Positions 50,570 through 64,000 of a DNA stretch of 64,000 bases are shown piece after piece. A model generated the notes under the pieces. That model was given only the letters and a program-made list of their open reading frames with translations, did no database searches and had not been told where the DNA came from. The translations under genes and the position numbers were made by a program. Source of the stretch: Anolis carolinensis (taxonomy: Eukaryota). How positions within the stretch are numbered: the stretch's first letter is position 1; each line of letters opens with the position of its first letter. The stretch lies in contig NC_085846.1 in NCBI RefSeq assembly GCF_035594765.1, positions 31,483,190-31,547,189 on the forward strand, read 5' to 3'.

Positions 50570-51895
50570 TCAGTGTCAGGGTATAGCACTAGAGAGAACA
50601 AAAGAAAATCCATGTGTTCCATAGACCATAGCTTAGATCCTGCCTCAAATGTGCAGCTATCCAACCCTTTAAACTCTAATTACAGTGGGGATTGACTCTC
50701 CCCCCAGGATTGTGGAAGTGGTCCTGGGAGTCAATTCCCACTGGGCCCATAATGGAAAAGAATTGGACTTTACATTAAGTTCTAGATCTTTCCAAGTGTT
50801 TAATTAATCCAAAGTAAAGTAAATTAAAACCAGAACAGGTCCCACATTTTGAGCTGGTTTGGATGGACCCTGAATTTATTGTTGATGCAGCAGATTTTGG
50901 TCAAAAAGAAAAGTTTCTCAATGAAATTCAATAATACGCATGACAGAAATCTATATATCCTACATTTCTTTCACAGGTTGTTTTATGATGAGCTTTTCTG
51001 ATTGAACACATACCTAAATTATTTTGGCCCTTAATTTGGGTCATGCCAAAACAAAATAAAATGAACTTGCCTCCCACCAGGCAGTCCTCATTACATATGG
51101 TCAGCTACATAGCAGAGATACTGCTTCCAGCCACTTATCCAGTACAAGAAGAACCACTAGTATCTCTGGAGCATCCAGGAATCTCCTATCTCTTTTTTAA
51201 AAAAAAGTATGGTTGGCTTGACTGGACTGGATCCAGGGTGGGCCAATATCCACATGCCCCCCCCCCCCCCACCACTGTTTCATCAACCTGAATCAGTTCC
51301 CTGGCATACATTGCTGGTGCCCTTACTTTGGGTTGTGACCTCACCAGAAGTGATGTCACTCAGGAGAACAGGGCATTGATGTCAAGGCTCTGTCTGCTGA
51401 GACAGCCATGTAACCTCAAGAGGCTTTGGGGAGCTCTCATTTATCTGCGGCAATTCTGAGCAGAGTACCCTGAAGTATTATGGCTAGTGTAGACAAAGAT
51501 GTAGTCTGATGCTCTAATTGTGTCAAGGAAACCAAAAATCCTAAGGAGGAATAATAAACAGACCATTGCTCAGTTTATTTCTTGAGGAAAATGTGTATTT
51601 GTAATTTGGCCCATATTCTAAAAATGAGAAAACTGTTACAGGTAAACTCAAAATCAAATGAAAACAAAATTAAAATCACAAGATGTCTAATGGCGATAGA
51701 AGAATCCTTTATTACCAAAAGGTGTAATTATTTCTTTCTTGCTAATAGTTTAAGGCAGTGTTGTTTCATGATGCTTTCTCGTAAAATTTTCTGTGTGGGG
51801 CAAATTGAATGATTCATGTGACTGCTCCTGATAGTATTTTTGGAAGAAAGTTGCTGACACTGTCAAAGGCCTTACTCATGTAAATGAGATTTACA

Positions 51896-52016
51896 GAGAC
51901 AAGTTTGCCTCAAGAACAATTTTTCTTGGTGGAGCCAACCTGATGAGCCAGCCCTGTAGAAGAGGAAGGCACCACGACATCCTTGTGGCAACACCCACAT
52001 AGCATAAAGTATAAAT
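51896..52016 (+). promoter_or_regulatory. Keratin C proximal promoter: GAGACAAGTTTGCCTC, GGCAACACCC, TATAAAT
   Basis: TATAAAT at 52010-52016; motifs align with the other three promoters. Confidence 0.75.
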
Positions 52017-52139
52017 GCAAACTGTGTGGATGCCAAAATCTTCAGTAAACTATTTCTGTCAAGCTGTGTGTGGATCTGTGCATGTGTGTGTCTTTGGCTT
52101 TTTCTTGGTGTTTGGTCTAACTTCTAAGATTCTTACATT

Positions 52140-59942
<7,803 letters not shown>

Positions 59943-62179
59943 ACCTGCAAGGAAAATTGAATTTTCCACACAAATAGCCAATGCAACTCTAAATTTTCTG
60001 ACTTGAAAACTATAAGCACGAGAAGACTTCCTTCAAGCAGTTGAACGTTTTTCATACCAACTATTTAGTCCCAGAGTACCTCTGAAATTCATCACCTTAT
60101 TCCCTTTTTCTGCAGAGTGTATGGGGTAGATTTGGGGCATACTCTTGTAAAGGGGCCTTTAATAAAACTATGCTTCCGCCTGATGCAAACAAAATCTGTG
60201 TCTTTGCCTCATAAAAATACAGCGGATTTTTGGGCGTTACCTCTGTGGTCTTCAGTCCATGTTGTGGAAGGTAACTCAAAACTCGTGAATCAGCAGGGAT
60301 CATACAAATGGACTAAGGCATCCATTTTATCCCTCCTGGATGGGTGAGCCCTAAACAAAAGAATTATTGAAAATATATGACAGCAGTACTGTATGTTAGA
60401 GTAAAGGAAAATATCCCTTTTTCTGCAAATCAAATGGATGTTCAGTGCCAGGAAGAGCAATTACTTTCCCAAGAACCATATCAAAGGAAATGATTCCTGA
60501 TACTGGTTGGATGTCAATGTTTATTCTTTGATTATATAAAACAAACCTTGAAATTAGATAAAACTTCAAGACACTCAACTACTACAGAAAAAAACCCAGT
60601 GGACAGATCATTTTGTTCAAGTAATTAAGGGTCCATCTACATAGGCTAATTAATACGGATTGGTCCAAGTGGCAGTACTCTGGATCATTCCTGGGAATTG
60701 TTATAATGCCAGTTTCCATTTTGCTGCAGTTGTGGGATGGAGTCTAAACTGTCCATGTCACTTTAATATTTTTGAGATTTCATGCTTGTTTCTTATGACC
60801 CTAGACCACCTGAGTTGGTGTAATGACGTATGCTCAATAAATGTGACTTACAAGAAAGCTTTTAGACAGGGAGAAACCTCCTGCCACAATCTGAACAATA
60901 TGAGGCAGGTTAAGGAATGATATCCTGAATCCATTTCAAGACAAGCCAAGCCTCATTTTCAAGTGCAGACTGGCATTTTCCTTCAAAATCCCTTCCCTCC
61001 TGCTGACATAGAAATGGACTCATCGTCATTTGAGAGAGCAATCAGTGCTTAACTATTTTATTTACTTCTAGTGAATGGAGACTTTCCCAAACTGGGCCAC
61101 CTATTCTTAACTATATTTGTTTGGCTTTTTCCCATATGTTGCAACTCCATTGCTTTCATCAGAAGACCATCTAATAGTCATTAGGAGCCATTACCAGAGG
61201 GTGACAGACAGAGGTAATGTTCACATCTATCCTCTGCATATGGACCCTTCTTTTCTGCACATGAGGCACAAGCTGCACTCTTCCCTTTAAGCACATGGAG
61301 ATTGCTCCACACAGAAGTGTTTCCATCACTCCAGGTGACAGCCTATAAGTTTGAAACACATTAAACATAGGCAAAGGGGCAATGGAAAGGGTGATTCCAG
61401 AGGTTCTACAACACAGAGAAGGAAAGTCACAAGAGCAAAGGAGTCTCCAGAGAACATAAAGCAGATTCTCTAGTTGCAGTTCCCAGAAGACCTTCTAGCA
61501 AGGGAAGAAGAAATTTCCAAGTGCTTCACAGAAGTTCTTCTTGTGTCTTTTGGACTTTTTTCACACCAGAGGATTGGAAGACCCATGTGTGTCTTAGTCT
61601 GAAACCACTGTACCACTCCAGCCCTTATGGTTGGCCAGAAAAATAGGATTTTAGCACCTGTCTTTTCTTGTTGATAAATTGTATGTATTGAACAACCGAT
61701 ACCATTATCTTTTTCTGTCCTGTTTACAAAGAAACAATCATGTTTTCTTCAAATTCAGCTTATCTTTAACCTGATTCTTCCCCTTCTGGAAGTTATTCTG
61801 GTTAATCTGCAGTTTAAAAATCTTCAGTTGTAAGAAAGTGCCTGGGAGAGTTTTTATCAATGGGACCGAGAGCTTCTCTTTCATTTATTTGATTCTTAAT
61901 CGTGCCACTTTGTCTGGCTAGAGAGATCCAGTGCTATCTCTCACATTTCTCAACATGTTTTGGTTGGAGTCTGAAGTGAGAGTTGAAAGTAAGAAGGGTT
62001 TGGAAAATGAAAGGGAAGACAGGGAAAGTAGTGTGCCACTGGTAGAAAATAGTGAACAAAATGAATGCTTGCTGTTAAGCCTGTTAACTCCCCTGAATTC
62101 TAATGTCCATTTTCCTCCCTTTTGAGGCAAGACATAGGTTGAACAACAATCAGTTCTACAATCACAGAAAAGAACTTTA

Positions 62180-62520
62180 GAAACATCATTGGAAGAAAGC
62201 ACAACCACAATGACCACCCACTCCTGACAGATGGTTATCTGGCCTCTATTTAAAAACCTCCAGAGAAGGAGACGGTAGCATACTCTGAGGCAGCATATTC
62301 CACTGCTGAACAGCTCTTATCACCAGGAAGTTCTCCCTAATTTTTAGGTGGAATCTCTGGAGAAGCAGAAAACAAGCTGGCTCCATCTTCAACAAGACAT
62401 CCTTTAAAAATTTAAAACATGGTTATCATAACACTTCTTAGCCTTTCCTTCTCCAGACTAAACATACCTAAATCCATTAGCTGCTGCTCATAAGACATCG
62501 TTTTCAGACTTTTTTCCATT
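62180..62520 (-). mobile_element. Old CR1 fragment
   Basis: Diverged reverse complement of the CR1 ORF2 end and 3' UTR. Confidence 0.65.
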
Positions 62521-62603
62521 TTCTATTCAATGAATTGCTATCTGTAGTTTTATTTCACAAAGAGAACCTATATCCACCTCTGATTTCACAAGAAACTCTA
62601 CAC

Positions 62604-62738
62604 CATTGGTTCTCAACCTGGGGTCCCCAGAAGTTTTTGGCCTACAACTCCCAGTAATCCCAACAAGTTTACCAGCTGCTAGGATTTCTGGGAGTTGAAG
62701 GCCAAAAACATCTGGGGACCCCAGGTTGAGAACAACTG
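62604..62738. mobile_element. 135-bp hAT MITE
   Basis: TIRs; TSD ctctacac/ctttacac. Confidence 0.88.
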
Positions 62739-63286
62739 CTTTACACCCTGCTTATTGGAATAAATGTGTTTCTAAATTCATAAACAGCAGGGGTGAAATC
62801 GATTTCTAGTTTTTCTTCTACCAATCTGAGACTAGAGATTCTTAAAATCATGTAAAATTTCCAGGTTCTACAAAATTTGTCCAGGTTTGTCTCAATTATA
62901 ACATAAGCAAGTCTATGGAAGGGGAGAGGGTTTGCAAAGTCAGGAATAGCAAGAAAGGAGCAGTGGCTGGATAGAAACCACTGTACTATGAAAAGTTGAA
63001 CATACACAGTTTGTTCCAGTCATAATTATTAAAGTCAAAATAAAATCAAAAGGAAATCAAAACAACATAGGTATATATTAAGATGAATGAAAAGTCATGC
63101 ATTTCTGCAAGGTGTAATTATGTCTCCTCTACCAATATTGTATGCTAATAATGTTTTGTGATACTCCCCTGTGAAGTTTTCAATAAGGTCAAAACTTGAT
63201 GATTCAGGTGCTTTGCTACTGAGGGTAGCTTTGAAAGAAAATTATGAACAGTCTCAAATACCTTCTCTCTGTAACTGAGCTTCCTG

Positions 63287-63398
63287 GAGGCAATTTTGCC
63301 TCAAAGACGACTTTTGGTGTTGGAGCCAGACAGATGAGCCATCCCTACGGACTAAAGAATAGCCTTAGATTCATAATCAGACTGCAGAAAGTATAAAA
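63287..63398 (+). promoter_or_regulatory. Keratin D proximal promoter: GAGGCAATTTTGCCTC palindrome, TATAAAA
   Basis: TATAAAA at 63392-63398; the block ggagccagacagatgagcca matches ggagccaacctgatgagcca in gene C. Confidence 0.72.
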
Positions 63399-63538
63399 AT
63401 ACAGACCTGTGTAGATGCCATAATCAGTATTCTGTTATTCCTATCATGCTATCGGTGTGTCTTTGGCTTTTTCTTGCTGGTTGGTCTTGTTTCTGATGTT
63501 CTTTTACTCTGTGTTTGAGCTCTAAACATACCTATACA

Positions 63539-64000
63539 ATGATGTACATCAACGGAAGCCACAGCAATGGTGCCACCAGTTACAATGTCTTAGGAGCCAG
63601 TTCTGGAGCTTCTAGAAGATGTGTCTTTCCTGATGTGGGTGGTAGCAACTGTGGAGGTTCTCCAAGCTACTGTGGTGGAACAGCTTATGAAGGAAATCAG
63701 GACATGGAAAGAGGCATCTATGGTGGCTTGGATGGAGGTCCTTTAGGCAATGGTTATATATGTACTCCTTCTAGTGGGTTTGGCTTTAGCAACATCTGCT
63801 TTAAACATCTTGGTGGTGGGTATGGCATTTGGATTCAGGCACCTTTGTGCTCCTGTGATAAGAAAATGACCATGCAGAATCTCAATGACCGCTTAGCATC
63901 TTACCTGGACAATGTGCGTTATTTGGAGGAGGAAAATGCTCAGCTCGAGTGCAAAATTAGGGATTGGTACGATCAGCAAGGCTCACCCAATGACCCAAAG
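63539..64000 (+). CDS. Type I keratin gene D, exon 1 (partial, continues beyond window); closest to gene C
   Basis: Open frame [11 protein letters not shown]...[52 protein letters not shown] runs to the window end. Its 5' UTR and promoter are homologous to gene C. Confidence 0.9.
   Translation, partial: MMYINGSHSNGATSYNVLGASSGASRRCVFPDVGGSNCGGSPSYCGGTAYEGNQDMERGIYGGLDGGPLGNGYICTPSSGFGFSNICFKHLGGGYGIWIQAPLCSCDKKMTMQNLNDRLASYLDNVRYLEEENAQLECKIRDWYDQQGSPNDPK

Noticed and set aside
61866-61945. LAREIQCYL resembles the keratin EIQTYR motif, suggesting a relic exon 6
   Set aside because: Only short patches match; there is no continuous frame or splice sites, so it is likely chance. A tBLASTn would settle it.

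Overview
Repeat-rich vertebrate genomic DNA, most likely from a squamate reptile; the transposon complement looks like that of Anolis carolinensis. The window holds a tandem array of four + strand type I (acidic) keratin genes. A (8939-17888) and C (52140-59942) have complete CDSs; B (30206-~37470) has a complete rod but an unresolved tail; D (from 63539) runs off the window and is missing from the ORF track. A, B and C share the canonical type I exon pattern (83/157/162/126 nt, then a 227-nt exon 6) with GT-AG junctions. A and C have cysteine-rich rods and a K9/K10-type L12 linker (VEVN). This fits the sauropsid hard-acidic (HAS / KRT9-like cysteine-rich) keratins, although individual orthology cannot be assigned without a search. 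The paralogs have diverged sharply. A has a Met/His/Gly/Val repeat head and a His-rich tail ending in the penultimate exon. B has lost most shared cysteines and acidity and has an altered helix-termination motif. D lost the ancestral ATG. All four share a promoter module. The rest is CR1, L2 and RTE fragments, tRNA-SINEs, hAT, mariner and PIF MITEs, Helitrons, a solo LTR and a 150-N gap. Almost all short ORFs in the track are non-coding noise. All coordinates and counts were read by hand.
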